This document shows positions 19,794 through 29,387 of a stretch of DNA of 64,000 bases, in pieces. The stretch covers positions 288,001 through 352,000 of the forward strand of contig OZ245056.1 in the NCBI GenBank assembly GCA_965224705.1. The letters run 5' to 3'. The position numbers were made by a program, and so were the translations under genes. The notes under the pieces are model-generated. The model searched no databases and was not told the origin of the DNA. It saw only the letters and a program-made list of their open reading frames with translations. The DNA is from Spirochaetaceae bacterium (lineage in GTDB: Bacteria; Spirochaetota; Spirochaetia; DSM-2461). The first letter of the stretch is position 1. The number at the start of each line of letters is the position of its first letter.

Positions 19794-19919
19794 TGGGTGT
19801 CTGGTGTAAGAAGCACTGAGAACGTGAATTCTTTAAAATATCGGCTCATTGCATTACAGCACTCTTGACGATAATTCCAGGATCTGTGAGTATAGACCGC
19901 TCACGAAGAGGTTTTTGCC

Positions 19920-20357
19920 ATGAGAACAATTTATGTAAAACCAGAAAATGCCGACCGTCAGTGGTATGTCATTGATGCGGCTGGAAAACCGTTGGGACGA
20001 GTCGCCGTGAAAGCCGCGTCAGTTGCCCGGGGTAAGAACAAGCCCTGTTATGTTCCATTCCATGAGGTGGGCGATTATGTGATAATCGTCAATGCTGACA
20101 AGGCTCATTTAACAGGTAAGAAAAAACAGGATAAACTGTATTATAGACATTCCGGCTATATTGGCGGATTGAAGGTGGAGAATTATAATAAGCTTGTCAC
20201 TCGTAAACCCACCGCCCCCATGGAAAAAGCTGTTCGGGGCATGCTGCCCCGGGGACCATTGGGGAATAAGCTCTACCGGAATATAAAGATCTATGCTGGG
20301 AAATCCCATCCCCATAGTGCGCAGCAACCCGAAGTACTGGAACTACAGGAGAAGTAA
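19920..20357 (+). CDS. rplM: 50S ribosomal protein L13
   Basis: WYVIDAAGKPLGR, GDYVIIVNA, AVRGMLP, HPHSAQQP. Confidence 0.98.
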   Translation: MRTIYVKPENADRQWYVIDAAGKPLGRVAVKAASVARGKNKPCYVPFHEVGDYVIIVNADKAHLTGKKKQDKLYYRHSGYIGGLKVENYNKLVTRKPTAPMEKAVRGMLPRGPLGNKLYRNIKIYAGKSHPHSAQQPEVLELQEK

Positions 20358-20750
20358 GTGGTTAAGATTTTGTCGCGTGGAACGGGTCGGAGAAAAACTT
20401 CCATCGCCCGTGTTTATATCCGGGAAGGTGCACCGGGGATCGTGGTTAACGGACGCACCCTGGAGGATTATTTCAACATTGCATCCATCCGGGATACTGT
20501 AAAGCAGCCACTGGCAGTCACTGCAAATGATGGGAAACTAAACATTCTGGTCAACGTTGGGGGCGGTGGTATTAATGGACAGGCTGGAGCAATCCGGCAT
20601 GGCCTTGCCCGTGCGTTGATTGAGCTTGATGAAAAGAATCGCCCTTCCCTGAAGGCCAATGGCTACCTTACCCGGGATCCCCGTATGGTTGAACGGAAAA
20701 AATATGGACGACCGGGAGCAAGGAAGAAATTCCAATTCTCGAAGCGCTAA
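20358..20750 (+). CDS. rpsI: 30S ribosomal protein S9
   Basis: GTGRRKTSIARV, GGGINGQAGAIRHG, RDPRMVERKK...QFSKR. Confidence 0.98.
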   Translation: MVKILSRGTGRRKTSIARVYIREGAPGIVVNGRTLEDYFNIASIRDTVKQPLAVTANDGKLNILVNVGGGGINGQAGAIRHGLARALIELDEKNRPSLKANGYLTRDPRMVERKKYGRPGARKKFQFSKR

Positions 20751-20801
20751 CAGTCCATGGATTTTAAGGATTCAAGGCGATTTTGATGATTTTTTCCTGA
20801 T
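20751..20801. mobile_element. Degenerate partial MITE copy
   Basis: TTCAAGGCGATTTTGATGATTTTTTCCTGAT core identical to the 13190 copy; begins right after CTAA (rpsI stop). Confidence 0.65.
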
Positions 20802-20831
20802 AAACCCTGGAAGGTAACACTCCAATAGAAT

Positions 20832-22043
20832 ATGCTTAAATTCCGTTCCATAATTCATGCAATCATCATTGTCCTGATGAATGTGATTGCAAAACTGCCA
20901 TTGGCATTTATAATGCTTGTTTTTCTCAACGTGCGGTATAAGAATCTTCGTGAGTTGTTCTCTACGCGGGGTCCCTTTCTTGTTTTACCCAATCATACAA
21001 ACCAATGGGATCCTTTCATCCTTTCATTCATTGTACCCAAACCCATCCACTGGGTGGCTTCCGATGGTGCATTTCGGGATACTATATTGAAACCCTTCAT
21101 GCTTCTTGGCGGTGCCATCCCCAAGATCAAGGAGCAGTCTGATCTGGCAACACTCCATGGGGTTAAAAAAGCCACTGCCATGAAGCATACCACCGGCATC
21201 TTCCCTGAAGGTGAGCAGACCTGGGATGGACGATCCATACAATTGATACCGGCAACGGCCAAACTAATACGGCATCTCAAATTACCAGTTCTTGTTCCTC
21301 TTATAAAAGGGGGGTATCTTACCAAACCGCGCTGGGCATGGGGAATTCGGCGATGCCGGATTGAAGTCCATTTCAAACGTCTCATCAATTCCGATGAAAT
21401 CAAAACGATGAAGCTGTCTGAGATCAAACAACGGCTGGATGATGCACTTTTTCAGGATGATTACGAATGGCAGAAGAAAACATTAGCCCCAATTAAAGGG
21501 AATCGACGAGCTGAACACCTGGAACTGGCATTGTACACCTGCCCTGGATGTGAAAGAATTGGAACTCTTACTTCAAAAAATAATGATTTAAAATGTCAGT
21601 GCGGCTATGAAGTTCATATTGACAGCTATGGTTTTTTCAATTTTCCCGCCGAAGGACCGACATTCAATGCTCCCAATGATTGGATGAAATGGCAGAATAA
21701 GCTGCTGATTTCCAGGATCCAGAGAACTATAGAGTCAGCAAATAATGACTCCGATCCTGTTCTTATGAGGGATTCAAGTATTTCTCTGATGAAATCCAGG
21801 CGGGCCATGCCCATGCAGTCCATTCATCACGGAGAAGCTCGATTATATGAAAATCGTATAGAAGTTGGTGAAATTGGAAGCCGGATCGAAACCTTTCCCC
21901 TGAAGGAAATCTCCGCAGTAACCACATTCAAGCAGCAGAAATTTGAGTTCCGATTCAAACAGAACCAGTATCGATTTGCCATGCCGACCCGGAATATATC
22001 GGGGTATAAGTGGGAGATCGCCGTGAAGGGGCTGTGTCAGTAA
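20832..22043 (+). CDS. Lysophospholipid / 1-acylglycerol-3-phosphate acyltransferase with C-terminal Zn-ribbon extension
   Basis: NHTNQWD (HX4D) and FPEG motifs; CPGC...CQCG. Confidence 0.85.
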   Translation: MLKFRSIIHAIIIVLMNVIAKLPLAFIMLVFLNVRYKNLRELFSTRGPFLVLPNHTNQWDPFILSFIVPKPIHWVASDGAFRDTILKPFMLLGGAIPKIKEQSDLATLHGVKKATAMKHTTGIFPEGEQTWDGRSIQLIPATAKLIRHLKLPVLVPLIKGGYLTKPRWAWGIRRCRIEVHFKRLINSDEIKTMKLSEIKQRLDDALFQDDYEWQKKTLAPIKGNRRAEHLELALYTCPGCERIGTLTSKNNDLKCQCGYEVHIDSYGFFNFPAEGPTFNAPNDWMKWQNKLLISRIQRTIESANNDSDPVLMRDSSISLMKSRRAMPMQSIHHGEARLYENRIEVGEIGSRIETFPLKEISAVTTFKQQKFEFRFKQNQYRFAMPTRNISGYKWEIAVKGLCQ

Positions 22044-22147
22044 GAACTCTGCTCAAGGATGGTTATTTCTTACCGAGTGTCCGGAAGCAAGTTAAAACTG
22101 AGGTATCTCGTTACGGTGTGGGATTACTGCACAATCATTTTACCTGG

Positions 22148-22165
22148 GAGTCTGTCGGACTTAAG
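22148..22165. repeat. Isolated MITE terminal inverted repeat
   Basis: GAGTCTGTCGGACTTAAG preceded by CTGG. Confidence 0.6.
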
Positions 22166-22307
22166 TGGAATGAGACCTCTACAAGCTTTCTGACACTCTG
22201 TATTTCCTACAGTTTGCGATTGAAATCCAATGAATACAAATCCGAAATGAGGAAAAACGTATTGAGAAATGTTCTGTAAGCACTTATTGTGGTTAATGGA
22301 GGAACAA

Positions 22308-23072
22308 ATGACTGAATCAAACACTCGGAGCCTGTCGGACTTACGCCTCACGGCTCGATTTTTGCCCTTTTTCCCTGCTACTGCGTTGCCAAAATACTCA
22401 CGCAGCCCAGCTGCGCTCCGTTTTTGTCGCCTGGCATCAGGAAAAAATCATCAAAAATCGCCTCGAAGTCTTAAAGTCCGACAGACTCTTCGGATGCTGA
22501 GTCTCATCACGAGTATTCTAATTTCCCCCGTCCTGTTTTCCAGTTGTGGATACAATCGTATGGTAACCCTGGAAGAAGGGGTGAACTCTGCCTGGGCACA
22601 GGTGGAAAATGTTTATCAAAGACGGATGGATCTTATACCCAATCTGGTGGCAACCGTGAAGGGTTATGCCGCTCATGAAGAGGACACACTCACCGCACTC
22701 ACAGAGGCCCGCAGCCGGGCTGGAGGAGTGATGAACATCGATGAAAACCTCCTCAACAACCCTGAAGCCTTCGCTCGTTTCCAACAGGCACAGAGTGGTC
22801 TGGGAGCCGCCCTTCAACGCTTACTCATGGTTACTGAAAATTACCCCGACCTCAAAGCAAATCAAAACTTTCTGGCCTTGCAGAATCAACTGGAGGGGAC
22901 GGAAAATCGTATTACAGTCGAGCGCAGACGCTTCAACGATGCAGTTCGCAGCTATAACACTGTTATTCGCCGATTCCCCCAGATGCTGATGGCTCGTTTA
23001 GCTGGTTTTGAAGCTAAGCCTTATTACGAATCAACAGAAGGAGCCGAAACGGTTCCTGTGGTGGAGTTCTAA
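22308..23072 (+). CDS. lemA: LemA family protein carrying an in-frame MITE insertion near its N-terminus
   Basis: GGAGGA RBS before ATG 22308; SCGYN, QRRMDLIPNLV, ENYPDLKAN, LEGTENRI and YN motifs. Confidence 0.9.
   Translation: MTESNTRSLSDLRLTARFLPFFPATALPKYSRSPAALRFCRLASGKNHQKSPRSLKVRQTLRMLSLITSILISPVLFSSCGYNRMVTLEEGVNSAWAQVENVYQRRMDLIPNLVATVKGYAAHEEDTLTALTEARSRAGGVMNIDENLLNNPEAFARFQQAQSGLGAALQRLLMVTENYPDLKANQNFLALQNQLEGTENRITVERRRFNDAVRSYNTVIRRFPQMLMARLAGFEAKPYYESTEGAETVPVVEF
22328..22488. mobile_element. Full-length 161-bp MITE with GAGYCTGTCGGACTT terminal inverted repeats
   Basis: Ends GAGCCTGTCGGACTT and AAGTCCGACAGACTC; flanks CTCG/TTCG; related copies at 10393, 13190, 20751 and 22148. 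Confidence 0.85.
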
Positions 23073-23073
23073 T

Positions 23074-23748
23074 ATGGCTCTGCTGACCCCTGAGGGAAAA
23101 AATCGTATCAGTAAGGCCATTGCAGAAGCGGAGAAAAACACTGGCGGGGAAATTGTTGTGGCCATTATTCCTGAAAGCGATAACTATATGGCACGGGAGT
23201 TAACCTTTGGAATTGCCTGTGGACTCATTACCAACATTCTGTTGATTGTGAATCTGGAGCGATTTGCCCAACTTGCTGAAGGTTTTTTCTGGATAGATTT
23301 CCCGGCGTTTGTTCCTCTATCGATGATGGCCCTGATCCTGTTTGCTGGAGCTCTCGCCTATGCATTGGCCCAGGTTCCCGCTGTAGACAGGATACTGGTT
23401 GGTAAACGCGCTATGGCCGAAGCGGTTCGCCACCGGGCCATGAGGCATTTTGTTGAAAGTGCTGTTTATGATACAGTTGACAGAACAGGTGTTCTTCTTT
23501 TCATCTCAGTTCTGGAACGTCGAGTCGAACTTATTGCCGACAAAGGCATCAATGCGAAGGTTGAATCGACAGCATGGGAGGGTATTGTTTCCTTGCTGGT
23601 GAGAGGCATCAGGAATAACAACACTTCTGCCTCCATTGAGGCGGCTGTCAGAAGCATTGGAGAGATTCTCGCCGAACACGTCCCTCCCAGGCCTGAGGAT
23701 ATCAACGAGATTTCCGATTCCCCAACAGAACTTGGGAAAGGATCATGA
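23074..23748 (+). CDS. TPM-domain membrane protein
   Basis: AIAEAEKNTGGEIV, TVDRTGVLLFIS..ERRVELIADKGI, NEISD; typical lemA-operon partner. Confidence 0.85.
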   Translation: MALLTPEGKNRISKAIAEAEKNTGGEIVVAIIPESDNYMARELTFGIACGLITNILLIVNLERFAQLAEGFFWIDFPAFVPLSMMALILFAGALAYALAQVPAVDRILVGKRAMAEAVRHRAMRHFVESAVYDTVDRTGVLLFISVLERRVELIADKGINAKVESTAWEGIVSLLVRGIRNNNTSASIEAAVRSIGEILAEHVPPRPEDINEISDSPTELGKGS

Positions 23749-24542
23749 GAATGCGGACTATACAAGGAACCATTTCTCGATTTTCTTTGATTTTTGGATT
23801 GATTTCAATCATATCAGGATACACCGCAGCTTTGGAGGTGCCCCCTCTCACCGGACGTGTTAATGATGAAGCAAAACTTCTCTCATCGGCGACTGTAACC
23901 CGGATGGAATCATATTTATCCGCTGTGGAACAAACCGGCAATGCTCAGATTGCTTTGCTCACCATCTCTTCTCTGGAAGGAGACTCACTGGAAGCGTATT
24001 CCATCAGAGTTGTGGAGAAATGGAGGCTGGGACAGTCTGGTAAGGATAATGGCGTGCTGTTTCTGGTGGCTGTGGCGGAGAAAAAAATTCGCATTGAGGT
24101 GGGTTATGGTCTGGAAGGAGTACTCACCGATGCTGTAAGCGGCTACATCATCCGCACGGTCATTGTCCCTGAGTTCCAGAAGGGTCAGTTTGATGCTGGA
24201 ATCATCAAGGGCATACAGGCTGTCGGCGGCGTTGTTACCGGGGAAACACCGATTTCTCAGAATCAAATCAGGAAATCCGGTTCAGGGAAGAACAGTGGTT
24301 CTTCCTCATTGTTTTTCCTCATCTTTCTAATCATTTTCCTGCTTACAAGAATGGGCGGCTACAGACACCATCGCCAACGGGGGATGTCTCATGGCACGGC
24401 ATTCATGATGGGACTGTTTTCCGGCAGCTTGATGCGTCACCGGGGGAGCGGTTTCTCCGGAGACAGCGGAGGTTTCGGCGGCGGGGGTTTTTCCGGAGGA
24501 GGCGGCGGTTTCGGCGGCGGCGGTGCCAGCGGAGGCTGGTAG
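23745..24542 (+). CDS. TPM-domain protein (YgcG-like) with Gly-rich tail
   Basis: VNDEAKLL, DNGVLFLVA..EKKIRIEVGYGLEGVLTD, GGGGFGGGGASGGW. Confidence 0.9.
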   Translation: MRMRTIQGTISRFSLIFGLISIISGYTAALEVPPLTGRVNDEAKLLSSATVTRMESYLSAVEQTGNAQIALLTISSLEGDSLEAYSIRVVEKWRLGQSGKDNGVLFLVAVAEKKIRIEVGYGLEGVLTDAVSGYIIRTVIVPEFQKGQFDAGIIKGIQAVGGVVTGETPISQNQIRKSGSGKNSGSSSLFFLIFLIIFLLTRMGGYRHHRQRGMSHGTAFMMGLFSGSLMRHRGSGFSGDSGGFGGGGFSGGGGGFGGGGASGGW

Positions 24543-24583
24543 CTGGAGGACTGGCAGGATGAATTCATGAGGAAAAAGGTCAA

Positions 24584-25288
24584 TTGAGTCTTATTGTATT
24601 TTCTGGAGCTGGTTTATCCGCTGAAAGCGGCATAAAGACTTTTCGTGATGCCGATGGTCTCTGGGAGAATTACCGCATAGAAGATGTTGCAACACCCGAA
24701 GGATTCAAACGAAACCCTGAGGCTGTTCACTCGTTCTACAACCTGCGGCGAAGGGAGCTGAAAAATGTCAGGCCCGACCAGGCCCATGAAGCCATTGCCA
24801 GACTGCAGCAGGATTACAGGGGTAAGGTTGTTATTATAACACAGAACATTGATAACCTGCTTGAACGTGCAGGCTGTACGGAAGTTCTTCATATGCATGG
24901 TGAATTGAACAGATGCCGCTGTATTTATTGTGGTGAGGAGATGGAATGGCTGGAGGATACCAGTACTTCACTGGATTGTCCAATCTGTGGTCAAAATGGC
25001 CAATGGGGATCACTTCGTCCTGCTGTGGTGTGGTTCAATGAATTACCCCTCCATCAACTCCGTATCGAGGAAGAATTACCAGGAGCGGATATTTTTCTTT
25101 CCATTGGTACATCGGGCACAGTCTATCCTGCGGCCGGTTTATCTGGAATTGCCAGATCGTATGGGGCAGACACTATTTGTTTCAACCTGGAGAAACCTGA
25201 GAATTTCTTCGATTTCGATCAATTCATTCTGGGGCCGGCCGGGGAAACTCTTCCCTCCTGGGTGGATCAATTCTTAATGAAGCAATAA
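24584..25288 (+). CDS. cobB: NAD-dependent protein deacylase (sirtuin)
   Basis: GAGLSAESGIKTFR, TQNID, HG, two CxxC pairs, GTSG. Confidence 0.93.
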   Translation: MSLIVFSGAGLSAESGIKTFRDADGLWENYRIEDVATPEGFKRNPEAVHSFYNLRRRELKNVRPDQAHEAIARLQQDYRGKVVIITQNIDNLLERAGCTEVLHMHGELNRCRCIYCGEEMEWLEDTSTSLDCPICGQNGQWGSLRPAVVWFNELPLHQLRIEEELPGADIFLSIGTSGTVYPAAGLSGIARSYGADTICFNLEKPENFFDFDQFILGPAGETLPSWVDQFLMKQ

Positions 25289-25364
25289 CCGGAGGACCTC
25301 GAAACACCCAATTCGGTTTTGATTTAATTTCTTCCGCAAGCTGTTATTCAAGAGACTACACTCC

Positions 25365-25399
25365 TCAGACCCCGCCTCAAGAATTGACGCGGGATCTGA
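25365..25399. terminator. Stem-loop between convergent cobB and rpsD
   Basis: TCAGACCCCGC-c-TCAA-gaa-TTGA-c-GCGGGATCTGA imperfect hairpin; no clear U tract. Confidence 0.5.
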
Positions 25400-25431
25400 A
25401 CTGGCAGTGGAAATCTGTCAGAGAAGCTGCT

Positions 25432-26049
25432 CTACTTTGAGTAAAACTCTACCACCATTTGTTCATTAACGGCTGTGGGGATATCCGTTCTGTATGGAAG
25501 CCGTTCTACTTTACCTTTCAGGGAGTCCCCATCCAGGGACAGCCAGACAGGTGTTACCTGATTCGAGTGGGCAAGGCATTCCCTGATCAGTTTTTTATTG
25601 CTTTCATTATCCCGAATTTCAATAGAATCGCCTTCACGGACCTGTATGGAAGGGATATTGGATCGCTTCCCATTCAGCCTGATATGACCATGACTGACGA
25701 ACTGACGGGCTTGAGCCCGAGTTGCAGCCATGCCAAGCCGGTATACGACATTGTCCAACCGCCGCTCGAGAAGAATCATCATGTTATCACCGGTGAGACC
25801 GCTTAACTTCTTCGCCTTGACAAAGGTATTGAAGAACTGTTTCTCACTCAACCCGTACGAGAATCGAAGCTTCTGCTTCTCCAGAAGTTGGCGCCCATAG
25901 TCACTTATCTTGCTGCGACTGCGTACACCCCTTTCCTGACCCGGTTTCTGAGGTTTCTTCTTAAGCAATCTATCATATTTACTGTTACCGTAAATATTGA
26001 CACCGAGACGGCGGACGATTTTCCCACGTGATTTTGTGTTTTTCGCCAT
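25432..26049 (-). CDS. rpsD: 30S ribosomal protein S4
   Basis: SDYGRQLLEKQKLR, LERRLDNVVYRLG, RQFVSHGHI, VVEFYSK. Confidence 0.98.
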   Translation of the reverse strand: MAKNTKSRGKIVRRLGVNIYGNSKYDRLLKKKPQKPGQERGVRSRSKISDYGRQLLEKQKLRFSYGLSEKQFFNTFVKAKKLSGLTGDNMMILLERRLDNVVYRLGMAATRAQARQFVSHGHIRLNGKRSNIPSIQVREGDSIEIRDNESNKKLIRECLAHSNQVTPVWLSLDGDSLKGKVERLPYRTDIPTAVNEQMVVEFYSK

Positions 26050-26228
26050 TGCTTTCTCCTAAAATTTTGTTGTAATGCATCGGTCAATGAATTCAACCGC
26101 AGGCAGAGGAGTTCTTGAAGAGCAGAACTGCCGTCAGCATTTCAGATTTCCAGCTGTACAGATTCGGTTGAAATCAATAATGATACAGGTACTTTCCAGA
26201 ATATATGCTAAGAAAAGAACTTGGTCAA
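26050..26228 (-). promoter_or_regulatory. rpsD sigma70 promoter and structured 5' leader
   Basis: TTGACC-N17-TATATT on the minus strand (26228-26200); leader closed by a TTCAACCG/CGGTTGAA helix with two inner stems. Confidence 0.55.
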
Positions 26229-26275
26229 CAGGTATGAATATCTTATCATATCATAAGATGATATAGAGATTCTAT

Positions 26276-26541
26276 ATGGTGCTGCATACAGCAGTATTGC
26301 GTCTCAAAAACATGGACGATCTGGCTATTGCAAAAAACAGTTGGAAAGTTTGAGGGGAAAAGTGCCGAATATACTGAGTATAGATGTGGATGTCTATGAC
26401 AATGACTTCTGTCTGTTCACCAGGCATGCAGATACCGATGCCTTTGAGACCTGCCAGAATGACGCCTGTCACATCAGGGTCAAAGAGGTCCCTGGCCAAT
26501 TGGAATGTGAACGCAAAGGTGTTGATTTTCAGTCTGTTTAA
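26276..26541 (+). pseudogene. Dabb (stress-responsive A/B barrel) family gene split by a one-base frameshift
   Basis: MVLHTAVLRLKN...AIAK, then in the -1 frame QLESLRGKVPNILSIDV...FCLFT...H..VKE...GVDF; break at the A6 run 26332-26337. Confidence 0.65.
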
Positions 26542-26595
26542 AGAGATGCTGAAGAAAGAAATGGTTATGCTCACAAGAAGAAACTGAGAAGTTCT

Positions 26596-27828
26596 ATGAA
26601 AAAACAGGATCGTTTAAATCGAATACTTCACATTGACAGCGAATTGGATCAGGTAAAGGATCTTGACCTGCTCCTTGAGCGTTTATTGTTTCTTGCCAGG
26701 AGAGAAGCTCGGGCAGATGCAGGGACTGTATATATCAATGTCAATGGAAAACTGGCCTTTTCCCACACTCAAAATGATACTTTACAGAAAAAACTCAAAC
26801 CCAATGAAAAGCTTCCCTATAACTATTATGTTATCCCAATAAACGACGAATCCATTGCGGGTTTTGTTGCCAATAATGAAGTTTGTCTCAATATTCCTGA
26901 TATGTACTGCATCAGCAAATCGAAACCGTACCATTTCAATCCATCCTTTGATGAGAAGACAGGATATAGAACTGTTTCCAGTTTAACATTCCCCCTTCTT
27001 TCCAGCGATGATGAGTTGCTGGGCGTTATGCAGCTGATAAATGCACGATCGGCCAATGGTAAATCCGTCTCATTCAAGAATAAAGATATTCCCTTCTTTG
27101 AGGTATTTGCCCGATTTGGTGCAAAATCTATTCAGCGGGCAAAGATGACTCGAGCTCTTCTGGAAACAATATCCAGGTTTGCAGGTTTGCGGGATCCCGT
27201 AGAAACGAATACACATGTGCATAGAGTGGGAATGTATTCCATGGAATTATATGAAGCCTGGGCCTTCAAGAATAATATTGATCCAGTTGAAAGGGAAAAG
27301 AACAGGGATATGCTGCGTATGGTCGCCATGCTTCATGATGTGGGCAAGGTGGGAATCAGTGATATCATCCTTAAGAAGCCCGGTTCATTGGACGATCGTG
27401 AATACCGGATCATGCAGTCCCACACATGGATAGGTGCCCGACAGTTTTTAGAAGACTCAGATTTGAACATCCATGCACGGGATGTTGTCCTGCACCATCA
27501 TGAGAACTGGGACGGTTCTGGTTATCCTGGTAGAATTGAAGATCTGGATGAGGCGGATAAATACATTGTGGAAGGTCTTCCTCAGGGACTCAGGGGACGT
27601 GAAATCCCCCTGTTCGCTCGAATTGTTGCCATATCAGATGTCTTTGATGCTTTGAGTTCTAAACGGGTTTACAAGGACGCATGGAGTGAGGATGATATAA
27701 TACTGGAGCTGAAAAAAGAATCAAATCGTAAGTTTGATCCTGAACTTGTCGAACTGTTTCTTTCCATCTTCTCAACGATCAAAAACATCAGAAATCGTTA
27801 TTCAACACAGATGAATCCCCATCTGTAG
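26596..27828 (+). CDS. GAF plus HD-GYP domain cyclic dinucleotide phosphodiesterase
   Basis: GAF features (SIAGFVA, NIPD.Y, GYRT.S.L, GVMQLIN); HDVGK and HHENWDGSGYP. Confidence 0.9.
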   Translation: MKKQDRLNRILHIDSELDQVKDLDLLLERLLFLARREARADAGTVYINVNGKLAFSHTQNDTLQKKLKPNEKLPYNYYVIPINDESIAGFVANNEVCLNIPDMYCISKSKPYHFNPSFDEKTGYRTVSSLTFPLLSSDDELLGVMQLINARSANGKSVSFKNKDIPFFEVFARFGAKSIQRAKMTRALLETISRFAGLRDPVETNTHVHRVGMYSMELYEAWAFKNNIDPVEREKNRDMLRMVAMLHDVGKVGISDIILKKPGSLDDREYRIMQSHTWIGARQFLEDSDLNIHARDVVLHHHENWDGSGYPGRIEDLDEADKYIVEGLPQGLRGREIPLFARIVAISDVFDALSSKRVYKDAWSEDDIILELKKESNRKFDPELVELFLSIFSTIKNIRNRYSTQMNPHL

Positions 27829-28217
27829 AGTAAGGTGTTGTTGAATTTCCTCTGACACCACCTGTGATATACAGTTCATTGTTCCGTGCTGTTCCTGTCA
27901 ATTCCATCCTGCACGAGTCTCATGGTTTCCTCAAATGACGGCGATATTACTTTGTACTGGACATTCTTGTAAAAATGGATTGAATTCTCTCTTGTACATT
28001 TTGTTCAGATTAATTATGATGGAATAGTTATTAATACCTTCAGTGCGTATCAATGTCTCAGGAAATGAGAATCATGATAGTACAATATCTACAGGAAATA
28101 ATTTTCGATATTCGGAGTTGAGTCCTTCCAGATTTATGGTATTATACAAATACGGTAAACTGTTTGAGAAAAACAACAGGACTTGAACAGTGCCATAAAA
28201 AAAATACGGAGGAACGT

Positions 28218-29204
28218 ATGAAAAAAGTTTTATCAGTACTCATTGTACTCAGCCTTGCGGCAAGTTTTGGTTTCGCTGGTGGCGGCGAAGATAAGGGAGG
28301 AGAATTACAGCATGTAACCATCGGAACAGGGGGTGTTACCGGGGTTTACTACCCCACGGGCAATGCCATCGCCAAGATGCTCAATAAGAAAAGCGATGAG
28401 TATGGTTTGAGAGTAACAGCCGAATCCACAGGCGGTTCGGTGTACAATGTCAACGCTATTATGTCCGGCGATCTTGAATTTGGTATTGTTCAATCAGACA
28501 GACAATATCAGGCCTACAACGGAACAGCGGACTGGGATGGAACGCCGCAGAAGAAGCTTCGGGCGATCTTTTCAATTCACCCTGAATCCATATCCCTTCT
28601 GGCGACTGATGAATCAGGCATCTACAGCCTGAATGATCTAAGAGGCAAGGCCGTTAATATCGGCAATCCCGGCTCCGGTCAGAGAGGTAACGCCACTGAT
28701 ATTTTAGAGGCTGCCGGTATAAATCCAGACACCGATATGCAGGCTGAAGGGGCCAAGGCTGCTGAAGCTGCCGGAATGCTCCAGGATGGACGCATTGATG
28801 CTTACTTCTATACCGTGGGTCATCCCAGCGGTTCCTTCAAGGAAGCAACAGCCGGTGCCAAAAAAGTACACTTTGTTCCCATCGATGGTGCTCCGGTTGA
28901 TCAGTTGGTGAGTCAGTACTCCTACTATGCCAAATCCATCATTCCTGTTATGGACAACTATCCCAATGCGACCAATGATGGTGATGTACCGACTTTTGGC
29001 GTAAAAGCAACATTCTGTACTTCTTCTGATATCAGCGAAGATGTGGTTTATGCTATTGTCAAAGAGGTTTTCGACAATCTTGACGAATTCAAAACACTCC
29101 ATCCAGCCTATGCCATTATTACCGCTGAGGATATGCTGCAGGGTTTGTCTGCCCCATTGCATCCTGGTGCTGAAAAGTATTTCAAGGAAGCTGGTCTACT
29201 TTAA
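28218..29204 (+). CDS. TAXI-family TRAP transporter solute receptor
   Basis: IGTGGVTGVYYPTG, STGGSVYN, GNPGSGQR, PLHPGAEKY; GGAGG RBS before ATG 28218. Confidence 0.93.
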   Translation: MKKVLSVLIVLSLAASFGFAGGGEDKGGELQHVTIGTGGVTGVYYPTGNAIAKMLNKKSDEYGLRVTAESTGGSVYNVNAIMSGDLEFGIVQSDRQYQAYNGTADWDGTPQKKLRAIFSIHPESISLLATDESGIYSLNDLRGKAVNIGNPGSGQRGNATDILEAAGINPDTDMQAEGAKAAEAAGMLQDGRIDAYFYTVGHPSGSFKEATAGAKKVHFVPIDGAPVDQLVSQYSYYAKSIIPVMDNYPNATNDGDVPTFGVKATFCTSSDISEDVVYAIVKEVFDNLDEFKTLHPAYAIITAEDMLQGLSAPLHPGAEKYFKEAGLL

Positions 29205-29223
29205 AACGGAATTCTTTTTGTAC

Positions 29224-29260
29224 TGCTGACTTCAAAGATTACATCTTTGAAGCAGCAGCA
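29224..29260 (+). terminator. Stem-loop after the TRAP receptor gene (terminator or mRNA stabiliser)
   Basis: CTTCAAAGAT-tac-ATCTTTGAAG core with TGCTG/CAGCA extension. Confidence 0.55.
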
Positions 29261-29387
29261 TAACTATCACTTCGAAGTGTCCGGGGTTTGTCCAGGGATG
29301 GAGTCAGCAGAGTTCATCGTTCTCTGATGTACATGGCAGAAATCTTTCCAGACATAGCCCCGGCTTAACCCATGTTGAGAAAGACTT

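Noticed and set aside
24452..24540. GGC-rich tandem repeat
   Set aside because: Encodes the normal Gly-rich tail of YgcG/TPM proteins.
25432..26049. Stand-alone rpsD as an anomaly
   Set aside because: rpsD outside the alpha operon is common in spirochaetes and Firmicutes.
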